Shown: in pieces, positions 56,952 to 64,000 of the stretch | How positions within the stretch are numbered: the stretch's first letter is position 1 | How the letters are laid out: every line of letters starts with the position of its first letter | Source: Candidatus Segetimicrobium genomatis | GTDB taxonomy: Bacteria > Sysuimicrobiota > Sysuimicrobiia > Sysuimicrobiales > Kaftiobacteriaceae | Assembly (NCBI GenBank): GCA_005882295.1 | Contig: VBAI01000011.1 | Span: forward strand, 1,592 to 65,591 | DNA: 64,000 nucleotides | Direction: 5' to 3' | Program-made: the position numbers and the translations under genes | The notes under the pieces: model-generated | Database searches by the model: none | What the model saw: only the letters and a program-made list of their open reading frames with translations | What the model was told of the DNA's origin: nothing

Positions 56952-57335
56952 ATGGCGTCGAAGAGTCTGTACGTGGGGAATTTGCCATATGATGTTACCG
57001 AGCAAGATCTGCGGACCCTATTTGAAGCATGGGGTCCAGTGGCCGAAACCCGCCTCATTGCCTCGCGCGGGTTCGGGTTTGTGGAGGTGCCGGTGGAGAA
57101 AGCCGCCGACGCCATCACGGCCATGAACGGCAAGGAATACAAGGGCCGCGCGCTCGTGGTCAATGAGGCGCGCCCCCGCAGCGAGCGACCGTCCTTCCGG
57201 GATCGCGACGGCGGCGGAGGCTGGCGGCCCGGCGGGAGCGGTCCCCCGCGAAGTGGACGGCCCGGCGGTGGTGGTGGCGGCGGAGGTCAGCGGAAAGGCC
57301 GGCGTGATCGCGGAGACCGAGGGCCGCGGTGGTGA
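56952..57335 (+). CDS. RRM-domain RNA-binding protein with Gly/Arg-rich tail
   Basis: RNP2 LYVGNL and RNP1 RGFGFVEV. C-terminal GGGGWRPGGSGPP...GGGGGGG. Confidence 0.85.
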   Translation: MASKSLYVGNLPYDVTEQDLRTLFEAWGPVAETRLIASRGFGFVEVPVEKAADAITAMNGKEYKGRALVVNEARPRSERPSFRDRDGGGGWRPGGSGPPRSGRPGGGGGGGGQRKGRRDRGDRGPRW

Positions 57336-57394
57336 GGTAGTTTGACTTTCCGGTCCAGACGTGGTAACCTAATCTTGTCGTCATAATGCGTTCT

Positions 57395-57436
57395 GCGAGG
57401 GATGCCAGAGACGGCGTCCCTCGCGTTGTGTGTCGC
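57395..57436 (+). terminator. Putative intrinsic terminator after the RRM gene (may also be a 5'-UTR structure of the helicase gene)
   Basis: GCGAGGGA-tgccagagacggcg-TCCCTCGC stem-loop followed by GTTGTGTGT. Confidence 0.35.
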
Positions 57437-57551
57437 GGGCCTTCTTGTGGCGAGTTGGATCCGGCGAGACACGCGCAGATGCCGGCACCAACTCACGCGG
57501 CAATAGCCGCATCCGGTCAGTTGACCGGAACACAAGGAGGCGATTTCTATT

Positions 57552-58688
57552 TTGACAGCTACATCCGAGGCGCCGGCCAAGTTCGGCGACCTCACCCTTC
57601 GCCCGGACACACTCCGGGCCATACAGGCGCTGGGCTGGGAACAGCCCACGCCCATTCAGAGCAAGGTCATTCCGCTCTTGCGTGAAGGCCGTGACCTCGT
57701 CGGTCAGGCGCAGACGGGCTCCGGCAAGACGGGCGCGTTCGGGATTCCGATCGTCGAACGCCTTGATCCTGCGCAGCGGCTCATCCAAGCGCTCGTGCTG
57801 GCTCCGACCCGTGAGCTGGCCATTCAGGTCAGCGACGAGCTTCGCGCCCTCGGCCGGTTCCGCGGCCTGGCCGTCGTCACGCTGTACGGCGGGCAGCGCA
57901 TCGAGCAGCAGTTTACCGACCTGCGCAAGCGGCCGCACATTGCGGTCGCCACTCCAGGCCGGTTGCTCGACCACGTTCAGCGCGGCACGATCAGGTTGAA
58001 TTCGGTTACGACGGTCATCCTCGACGAAGCCGACCGCATGCTGGACATGGGCTTCCTGCCCGATGTCTCCCGCATTCTCGCCCTGACGCCGGCCACGCGG
58101 CAAACCGCCCTGTTCTCCGCCACAATGCCGCAGGCCGTCCGTGCGATCGCGGAGCGCCAGATGCGCAATCCGGTCTGGGTGCGCATCGCGGCGTCCAAAC
58201 CAACCGTTGATTCAGTGACGCAGTTCTATCTGGAGGTCGCAGAAGAGGACAAGGTCAAGGCGCTGCGCCGGCTGTTACGCCATGAGCCGATTGAGTCAGC
58301 GCTGGTCTTCCGGCGCACCCAATATCGCGTGGACAGGCTGGCGAAGTCGCTGGGAAGAGACCAGCGCGTAGGCGTGCTGCACGGCGGGATGCGCCAGGGC
58401 GCGCGCCTGGCAGCCCTGCGCGCGTTCGAAGAAAGGCGCACCCCGATCCTCATCGCCACCAACGTGGCGTCGCGGGGACTGGATCTGCCGGAGATCTCAC
58501 ATGTCATCAACTTTGACATGCCGGAGGACGTCGAGACGTACGTGCACCGGGTGGGACGCACCGCCCGGATGGGACGAGCCGGGACGGCGATCACTTTCGT
58601 GGGACAGCACGACATTGAGATGTTTGACCAGCTCAAGCGCACCTTCGGTCCTTCGCTCCAGCGCCATCCGCTGAATATCTACCAGTAA
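57552..58688 (+). CDS. DEAD-box ATP-dependent RNA helicase
   Basis: Q-motif region, AQTGSGKT, PTRELA, DEAD (ILDEADRMLDMGF), SAT, HRVGRTARMGRAG. TTG start with AAGGAGG RBS 12 nt upstream. Confidence 0.9.
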   Translation: MTATSEAPAKFGDLTLRPDTLRAIQALGWEQPTPIQSKVIPLLREGRDLVGQAQTGSGKTGAFGIPIVERLDPAQRLIQALVLAPTRELAIQVSDELRALGRFRGLAVVTLYGGQRIEQQFTDLRKRPHIAVATPGRLLDHVQRGTIRLNSVTTVILDEADRMLDMGFLPDVSRILALTPATRQTALFSATMPQAVRAIAERQMRNPVWVRIAASKPTVDSVTQFYLEVAEEDKVKALRRLLRHEPIESALVFRRTQYRVDRLAKSLGRDQRVGVLHGGMRQGARLAALRAFEERRTPILIATNVASRGLDLPEISHVINFDMPEDVETYVHRVGRTARMGRAGTAITFVGQHDIEMFDQLKRTFGPSLQRHPLNIYQ

Positions 58689-58775
58689 AGCGACCTGACC
58701 GAACGAGAGGGGCCCGCGGCCAGTCCGGGGGCCCCCTTTCATTTGTTCTACGATTCACGGTAGGATGGTCGTGAC

Positions 58776-59699
58776 ATGCGCATCGTGTCGCTCCTGCCCA
58801 GTGCCACCGAGATGGTTGCCGCCCTCGGCCTCACCGACCAGCTGGTAGGCATCTCCCACGACTGCGACTATCCGTCCGCGATCCGCGCCAGGCCGGTCCT
58901 GAGCGAGGCCATCGTCACCACTGATCTGCCGAGCGGCCTGATCGAAACCCGTATCCGCGGCCAGGTGCACAAAGGCAAGAGCGTGTACCATCTTGACGAA
59001 CGGCAGCTGGCGCACCTGCGGCCAGATCTCATCCTCACCCAGGAGCTGTGCAGCGTCTGCGCGCCCTCGTATACCCTGGTGCAGCAGGCAGCCAAACTAC
59101 TCGACGCCGAGACAAAGATTGTCTCGCTGGAACCGCTGGGGTTGTTCGATATCCTGGACAACATTCTGCTGGTCGGCACCCTCGCGGGCCGGACCGGCCA
59201 GGCCGAAGCGCTGGTGAGGGACCTGCGGGCGCGCATCGAGCGGGTTCGATCTCGGGCCGCCGGGTTGTCCACCCCGCGCGTCGCCTGCATCGAATGGCTG
59301 GATCCCCTCTACGTGGCCGGCCACTGGGTGCCGGAGATGGTAGAAATCGCAGGCGGCCGCGATGCCCTAGGCAGGCCGCGCGAGCCCTCGTTTGTCATCA
59401 CGTGGGAAGAGTTTGGGGCCGCTGACCCCGAGGCTATCATCATCATGCCGTGCGGGTTCGACGTGGCAAGGACCAGACAGGAAGTCCACCTGCTTACGAG
59501 GCGGCCCGGTTGGAATAGCCTGCAGGCGGTACGGAACGAGCGCATCTATCTCACGGATGCGTCGGCCTACTTCAACCGTCCCGGCCCGCGCATCGCCACC
59601 GGCCTCGAAATCCTGGCACAGATTCTCCATCCAGAAGTATTTCCGACGGAACTTCCCTCGGGAGCGTATGAAGCTCTGGATGGACCGCGTTCCCGTTAG
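58776..59699 (+). CDS. Class III periplasmic-binding-protein-like (BtuF/FepB/TroA-type) protein, no obvious signal peptide
   Basis: MRIVSLLPSATEMVAALG opening and the overall pattern of cobalamin/siderophore binding proteins. Confidence 0.6.
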   Translation: MRIVSLLPSATEMVAALGLTDQLVGISHDCDYPSAIRARPVLSEAIVTTDLPSGLIETRIRGQVHKGKSVYHLDERQLAHLRPDLILTQELCSVCAPSYTLVQQAAKLLDAETKIVSLEPLGLFDILDNILLVGTLAGRTGQAEALVRDLRARIERVRSRAAGLSTPRVACIEWLDPLYVAGHWVPEMVEIAGGRDALGRPREPSFVITWEEFGAADPEAIIIMPCGFDVARTRQEVHLLTRRPGWNSLQAVRNERIYLTDASAYFNRPGPRIATGLEILAQILHPEVFPTELPSGAYEALDGPRSR

Positions 59700-60085
59700 T
59701 ATTCCGCCCAGTTCTTCTTCTCGACGCTCCAGTTGGATGGTCCCACAGGCTTGATCGAGATGTGACACATATCGGATGCCCTGGTGGCCCCGTGCCAGTG
59801 CCATGTGCCCCCGGGGATCACAGCGATCTCTCCCGCGCGTAGCACGCGCCGCTCGCGCTCGGTGGCGACGATCCCCTCTCCCTCGACGAAATAGAGCACC
59901 TGATCGGCCTCATGAATATGAGGAATCGTGCGGGCGCCACGGTCGAAGAACACCCCGATGAGCTCTGCCGTTCCTGGTGCGTCCGGGCGGCGAAGGTTGT
60001 GCAGCCGCACGGTACCCGAAAAGTACTCGGGCCGGTCCGGCGGACCGGCTTTGCTGCGGTCTGGCTTAAGAACGTCCATCGCCAT
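59696..60085 (-). CDS. Cupin-domain protein
   Basis: HIHEADQVLYFVEGEG and AVIPGGTWHWHG cupin motifs. Confidence 0.75.
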   Translation of the reverse strand: MAMDVLKPDRSKAGPPDRPEYFSGTVRLHNLRRPDAPGTAELIGVFFDRGARTIPHIHEADQVLYFVEGEGIVATERERRVLRAGEIAVIPGGTWHWHGATRASDMCHISIKPVGPSNWSVEKKNWAEY

Positions 60086-60088
60086 CTC

Positions 60089-60292
60089 CTACTCCCGCGA
60101 CCTGATCAACTCATCCACTTCGCGACCCACGAGTAGACGGCCCAACTTACGATGGCCGATCTTTAGGTAGTGTGCCTTCCAGACGCGCACCACGTCGGCT
60201 TTCGTCTGACAGGCATCGAGTTCAGCCTTGACCTTCATCAAGTACTCGCGCTCCTCTTGGGGCGACGCGAACGCGGGCTCACGGGTAGACAT
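60089..60292 (-). CDS. Small hypothetical protein (67 aa)
   Basis: ATG at 60292. GC3 about 75%. Lies 4 nt upstream of the cupin gene. The ORF-track extension to 60412 runs through repeat A. Confidence 0.35.
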   Translation of the reverse strand: MSTREPAFASPQEEREYLMKVKAELDACQTKADVVRVWKAHYLKIGHRKLGRLLVGREVDELIRSRE

Positions 60293-60308
60293 GCAAGGAC
60301 CTCCAAGA

Positions 60309-60386
60309 CTACGGGACTGGGGACTAGGGACCGGTAACCTACATGTTTGCTTTACAAGTCCCCAGTCCCTATTCCCTAGTCCCGTA
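60309..60386. repeat. Hairpin element family A
   Basis: acgggactggggactagggaccgg ... agtccccagtccctattccctagtcccgta. Confidence 0.85.
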
Positions 60387-60435
60387 TTTTCCGTTTGGCA
60401 GGCATCGCCCACGATGGATTCGAAATAGTCGGGCC

Positions 60436-61101
60436 ATGGCTGCGAGCCGAGACGTGCCTCCGATGGACGCGTTCACGCGCAAGGAGTGGCGGATCATCCG
60501 GCGCTGCCGGACTCCTGAGAAGGTCCATCGCTTCCTGCGGTCGCTGCCGTACAACTGGGAACGCGGCGGTGACACGCTGCGATCCTTCCGCCAAGTCATC
60601 CGCCGGGGGACCGCCCAGTGCCTGGAGGCGGCGCTGGTGGCGGCGGTGATCCTTGAACAGCACGGCTCGCCCCCCCTGGTCGTGAGCTTCGAGTCCAAGG
60701 ACGGCATCGACCACGTCATCTACGTATTCCGCCGGCACGGACGCTGGGGCAGCGTGGCCCGCTCCCGGGATGCCGGTCTGCACGGGCGCCGGCCGGTGTT
60801 CCGCACCATCCGCGAACTGGTCTGGAGCTATTTCGATCCCTACGTGGACTTCACCGGTCGTATCACCGGCTATCAACTGGTGGATCTCCGGGCGCTGGGA
60901 CGCTACGAGTGGCGATTTTCTCCGAAGAACATGTGGAAGGTGGAGAAGTTCCTCCTCGACATCCCGCATCGCCGGCTGCGGTCGTCGAACGCGCGCTACA
61001 AGAGACTCCACGAGCGCTTCAAGGAGTACCGGCGGCGGGATCCCACCGGACCGGTGGTTGAAATCTACTCCAATCGAGACACGTGGATGCCACTCGACTA
61101 G
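60436..61101 (+). CDS. Conserved hypothetical protein
   Basis: Start MAASRDVPP at 60436; the ORF-track start at 60343 lies in repeat A. 221 aa, Arg/Trp-rich. No family recognised. Confidence 0.5.
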   Translation: MAASRDVPPMDAFTRKEWRIIRRCRTPEKVHRFLRSLPYNWERGGDTLRSFRQVIRRGTAQCLEAALVAAVILEQHGSPPLVVSFESKDGIDHVIYVFRRHGRWGSVARSRDAGLHGRRPVFRTIRELVWSYFDPYVDFTGRITGYQLVDLRALGRYEWRFSPKNMWKVEKFLLDIPHRRLRSSNARYKRLHERFKEYRRRDPTGPVVEIYSNRDTWMPLD

Positions 61102-61887
61102 ATGCCGGAACTACCCGACGTTGAGACTGTTGCCCGCCGGCTTCGCCGGACTGTCGGGGGCCGGCGCATCACCGGGGTGCGCGTGCTCGCGCCGCCGACG
61201 GTCCGTTCGTCGCCTCCGCGACGGTTCGTCCGAGAACTGACCGGCCGCTCTGTGCGCACGGTGGACCGCCGGGGCAAGTATCTGCTCATCCGGCTGAGCG
61301 GTTCGCGCACACTCGTCGTTCATTTGCGCATGACCGGCGACTTCACGCTCGTGCCAGGCGCCACGCCGGTGCACCCGCACACCCGCGTCATCCTGCAATT
61401 CGGCCGAGCCGACCTGCGCTTCATTGATCAGCGACGATTCGGCCACATGGACCTGGTGCCGTCTAACGTCGAATTCGCGCCCGTGGCCCGCCTGGGCCTC
61501 GAGCCGCTCAGCGCCTCGTTCACTCTGACGCGCTGGAACGGCATGCTGCATGGCCGTCGTGGCACCATTAAGTCTCTGCTGCTGCGTCAAGACCTGATCG
61601 CCGGTATCGGCAATATCTATGCTGACGAGATCCTCTGGCAGGCTCGCGTACATCCGGCCAGACCGGTTCACCGGCTGCGACATGGAGAACTGGCCCGGCT
61701 GTACCGGATCGTTCGCCGCGTCCTGCGCCGCGCGGTCACTCACCTATCGCGCTACGGCCGCCCCGTGGGCCGGTTTCTGGAGGTGCGGGGGGAACGCGAC
61801 ATGCCGTGCCCCCGATGCGGCCGACCCATTCGTGCGGCCTCCATCGCCGGCCGCACCACCTACTTCTGCCCCCACTGCCAGCGCTAA
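61102..61887 (+). CDS. Formamidopyrimidine-DNA glycosylase (Fpg/MutM family) paralog 3
   Basis: MPELPDVE N-terminus, H2TH, zinc finger CPRCGRPI...YFCPHCQ. Confidence 0.85.
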   Translation: MPELPDVETVARRLRRTVGGRRITGVRVLAPPTVRSSPPRRFVRELTGRSVRTVDRRGKYLLIRLSGSRTLVVHLRMTGDFTLVPGATPVHPHTRVILQFGRADLRFIDQRRFGHMDLVPSNVEFAPVARLGLEPLSASFTLTRWNGMLHGRRGTIKSLLLRQDLIAGIGNIYADEILWQARVHPARPVHRLRHGELARLYRIVRRVLRRAVTHLSRYGRPVGRFLEVRGERDMPCPRCGRPIRAASIAGRTTYFCPHCQR

Positions 61888-62049
61888 CCCCAGCACGGAT
61901 GTTGCCCTTGCAGGGCGCGGAAGTACGTGTTAGAGTAAGCGGCACACCGCAAGGACGGGGACTGTACGAGCAGCACCTGCGTGAGCGAGCGTCACCCATC
62001 GGATGGAAGGTGATGCCGTAGGGAGCTCGGATCCCACCCCCTGAGCGGG

Positions 62050-62252
62050 CCAACGAATTGCGTTGAAACGTTGGAGCGTTGAAACGTTGGAACGATAAGG
62101 CCAGTCGATTCGACGCTCTGACCTTCAATCAAGAAGTGAGCCGGGCGCCTTCCGATACGAGGTAGGAGAGCCGGACCTAGCGGCGTTGACGTGAGCGGAT
62201 TGTAGTTGCGCTTCAACGTTCCAACGCTTCAACGTTCCAACGTTCGTTGGGC
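62050..62252. repeat. Hairpin element family H (GCGTTGAAACGTTGGAGCGTTGAAACGTTGGAACG ... CGCTTCAACGTTCCAACGCTTCAACGTTCCAACGTTCG) with a ~110-nt spacer
   Basis: Flanked by the complementary GGGCCAACGAA / TTCGTTGGGCC. Confidence 0.8.
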
Positions 62253-62276
62253 CGGAATCAAGGTGGTACCGCGGAA

Positions 62277-62317
62277 GCCCTTCCGCCCTTGCGGCGGGAG
62301 GGCGTTGTGTTTTTTGG
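62277..62317 (+). terminator. Intrinsic-terminator-like hairpin plus T-run immediately upstream of the proC RBS
   Basis: GCCCTTCCGCC-cttg-CGGCGGGAGGGC followed by GTTGTGTTTTTTGG, then GGAGG RBS. Confidence 0.4.
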
Positions 62318-62328
62318 AGGTGAGGTCG

Positions 62329-63159
62329 GTGAATGAGATGGTCATCGGGATGATCGGCGCAGGCAACATGGCCGATGCCCTTATCAAAGGGTTGCTCAGC
62401 CGCCGCGTCCTGCCCCCAGACGCCATCTGGGCAACGAACCGCAGCAACCGGGAGCGGCTGGCGGGCCTGCAGGCGCGCTACGGAGTCCAGATCACGCCGG
62501 TCAAGCCGCCCCTGCTCGAGGCCGCCAGCATTGTCGTACTCGCGGTGAAACCAAAAGATACGCAGGAGGTCCTCGACCAGATCACAGGGACGGTCCGCGG
62601 GGAGCAACTCGTCATCTCCGTGATCGCGGGGATCCCGCTAGCCACCTTAGAACGGGCACTGCGCGGGATCCCGGTCATCCGGGCGATGCCCAACACCTCG
62701 GCCGCGGTGCTTGCCTCCGCGACCGCGCTCGCCGCCGGCCGGCACGCGACAGAGGACCACCTGCAGACGGCCACACGGATCTTCGAGGCTGTCGGCGACG
62801 CCGTGACCGTCCCCGAGAACGTCCTGGACGTCGTGACGGCGCTGTCGGGCAGCGGGCCGGCCTACGTGTACCGGCTAATCGAGGCGATGATCCACGCCGG
62901 GACTGATCTGGGGCTAGGCGGAGAGCTGGCCCGGCGGCTGGCGGTGCAAACTCTGATTGGCGCGGCGCGCATGCTGACCGAGTCGGCGGCGGATCCAGGT
63001 GAACTGCGCCGCAACGTCACCTCGCCAGGGGGCACCACGATGGCGGCCCTCGGCGTGCTGGAGGAACGCGGATTCGCTCAGGCGGTGCGCGCGGCGATCA
63101 GCCGGGCCGCCGAACGCGCGCGGGAGATGGCGCGGGAGTACGCGCCGGAGCAACCGTAG
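62329..63159 (+). CDS. proC: Pyrroline-5-carboxylate reductase
   Basis: IGMIGAGNMA Rossmann N-terminus and the P5CR C-terminal dimerisation domain (SPGGTT). GTG at 62329 (RBS spacing 8) or ATG at 62338. Confidence 0.85.
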   Translation: MNEMVIGMIGAGNMADALIKGLLSRRVLPPDAIWATNRSNRERLAGLQARYGVQITPVKPPLLEAASIVVLAVKPKDTQEVLDQITGTVRGEQLVISVIAGIPLATLERALRGIPVIRAMPNTSAAVLASATALAAGRHATEDHLQTATRIFEAVGDAVTVPENVLDVVTALSGSGPAYVYRLIEAMIHAGTDLGLGGELARRLAVQTLIGAARMLTESAADPGELRRNVTSPGGTTMAALGVLEERGFAQAVRAAISRAAERAREMAREYAPEQP

Positions 63160-63205
63160 GAGGGGAGCCTTGCGCGGTGGTCAAAACTTACCTCGGGAGC
63201 CACCC

Positions 63206-64000
63206 GTGGATCGCGCCAAAACTCCGGACCTCGCCGCCCTCGACCCAGCGGCCGTGCGGGCAGCCATCCGCGCCGGCGGGTGGACCGGGATAACCGCCGG
63301 GCTGGCGCCGGGCTTCGTGCAGGCCAACCTGGTGGTCCTGCCTGCGTCTGATGCGTATGACTTCCTCCTTTTCTGCCAGCGCAATCCCAAACCATGTCCG
63401 CTGCTGGAAGTGACCGATCCAGGGGATCCACATCCGGGGCGTGTGGCTCGCGGCGCCGACCTGCGCACCGATCTTCCTCAGTACCGCATCTTCCGGCGGG
63501 GGACGCCGGCGGGCGAGGCACGCCGGATCACCGATTTGTGGCGGGAAGACTTCGTCGCGTTCCTGCTGGGCTGCAGTTTCACGTTTGAAGCCGCGATGCA
63601 ACGCGCGGGAATCCCCGTGCGCCACCTCGACGAACGCCACAACGTCCCGATGTATATCTCATCGGTGATGTGCAGGCCGGCGGGAACTTTTGCCGGTCCT
63701 ATGGTCGTCAGCATGCGGCCGGTGCCGGCCGGGCTGATCTCGCAAACGGTCCAGGTGACGGCGCGCTCCCCCCTGGCCCACGGCGCACCGATTCACATCG
63801 GGGATCCGGCAGAAATCGGCATCCATGATCTCAGCCGCCCGGATTTCGGCGACGCCGTGACGGTCCATGATGGGGAGGTACCCGTGTTCTGGGCGTGCGG
63901 TGTCACACCGCAGGTCGCCGCGCGTGAGGCCCGGCCGGACATCATGATTACGCATGCCCCCGGGCACATGTTCATCACCGACCTGCGGGACGAAGACCTG
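63206..64000 (+). CDS. Putative hydro-lyase, DUF1445 / D-glutamate cyclase-like family, partial (runs off window end)
   Basis: GTG start with GGGAG RBS. Translation VDRAKTPDLAALDPAAVRAAIRAGGWTGITAGLAPGFVQANLVVLP...FCQRNPKPCPLLEV matches this family. Not in the ORF track. Confidence 0.55.
   Translation, partial: MDRAKTPDLAALDPAAVRAAIRAGGWTGITAGLAPGFVQANLVVLPASDAYDFLLFCQRNPKPCPLLEVTDPGDPHPGRVARGADLRTDLPQYRIFRRGTPAGEARRITDLWREDFVAFLLGCSFTFEAAMQRAGIPVRHLDERHNVPMYISSVMCRPAGTFAGPMVVSMRPVPAGLISQTVQVTARSPLAHGAPIHIGDPAEIGIHDLSRPDFGDAVTVHDGEVPVFWACGVTPQVAAREARPDIMITHAPGHMFITDLRDEDL

Noticed and set aside
61890-62045. Possible RNase P RNA, tmRNA, SRP RNA or 6S RNA between fpg and proC
   Set aside because: No match to conserved motifs: no GGAAAGUCCGG or AGGGUGAAA for RNase P, no tRNA-like CCA-end domain for tmRNA, no SRP domain IV GGAA tetraloop context. 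Kept only as an unclassified leader in the findings.
766-62252. The tandem-repeat hairpins as CRISPR arrays
   Set aside because: Units are 6-9 bp with no unique spacers of 25-40 bp, the arms are inverted copies, and no cas genes are present.
766-62252. The repeat families as insertion sequences or transposons
   Set aside because: No transposase or integrase ORF and no terminal inverted repeats flanking a coding cargo. The elements are 60-200 bp and non-coding, so they are MITE or REP-like at most.
1-64000. tRNA or rRNA genes
   Set aside because: No cloverleaf-compatible segments with T-loop GTTCGAATC-like boxes and no rRNA-like conserved stretches were seen. The coding density leaves no room apart from the repeat-filled gaps.

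Overview
High-GC (~68%) bacterial chromosomal segment with dense, mostly minus-strand genes; codon bias is strongly G/C at the third position. The core is a complete 13-gene NADH:quinone oxidoreductase operon on the minus strand (nuoA,B,C,D, a fused nuoE-F, G,H,I,J,K,L,M,N; ~23.1-37.8 kb). A cysteine desulfurase gene and a MerR-family regulator lie upstream of it. The rest is housekeeping: a CysO(MoaD)-CBS fusion next to cystathionine gamma-lyase, lipB, an FTR1 iron permease, TrpB2, an acyl-CoA dehydrogenase, M20 and S41 peptidases, CcdA, a SAM hydroxide adenosyltransferase, three Fpg/Nei DNA glycosylases, AlaX, YjjX, lgt, fixCX, a divergent ThyA-like gene, NUDIX, a FAH-family hydrolase, Tag, two tandem-GNAT paralogs, a C45 acyltransferase, an ImmA/IrrE-like peptidase, a Ski2/HelY-like helicase, a monomeric sarcosine-oxidase-like enzyme, an RRM protein with a DEAD-box helicase, proC, and partial ParB-like and DUF1445 genes at the two edges. 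No rRNA, tRNA, CRISPR array or transposase was recognised. The most striking non-genic signal is that nearly every intergenic gap, including gaps inside the nuo operon, holds a hairpin element whose arms are tandem 6-9-mer repeats with an inverted copy; I count at least 9 sequence families, each with 1-6 copies. The same oligomer repeats also occur in-frame inside genes: they form the nuoE-nuoF linker, an insert in nuoG, and the C-terminal tails of NuoM and Tag. They also create spurious N-terminal ORF extensions. Candidate novel items are a CYTH-DNPH1 domain-fusion protein in an operon with an ABC-class ATPase, and the CysO-CBS polyprotein.
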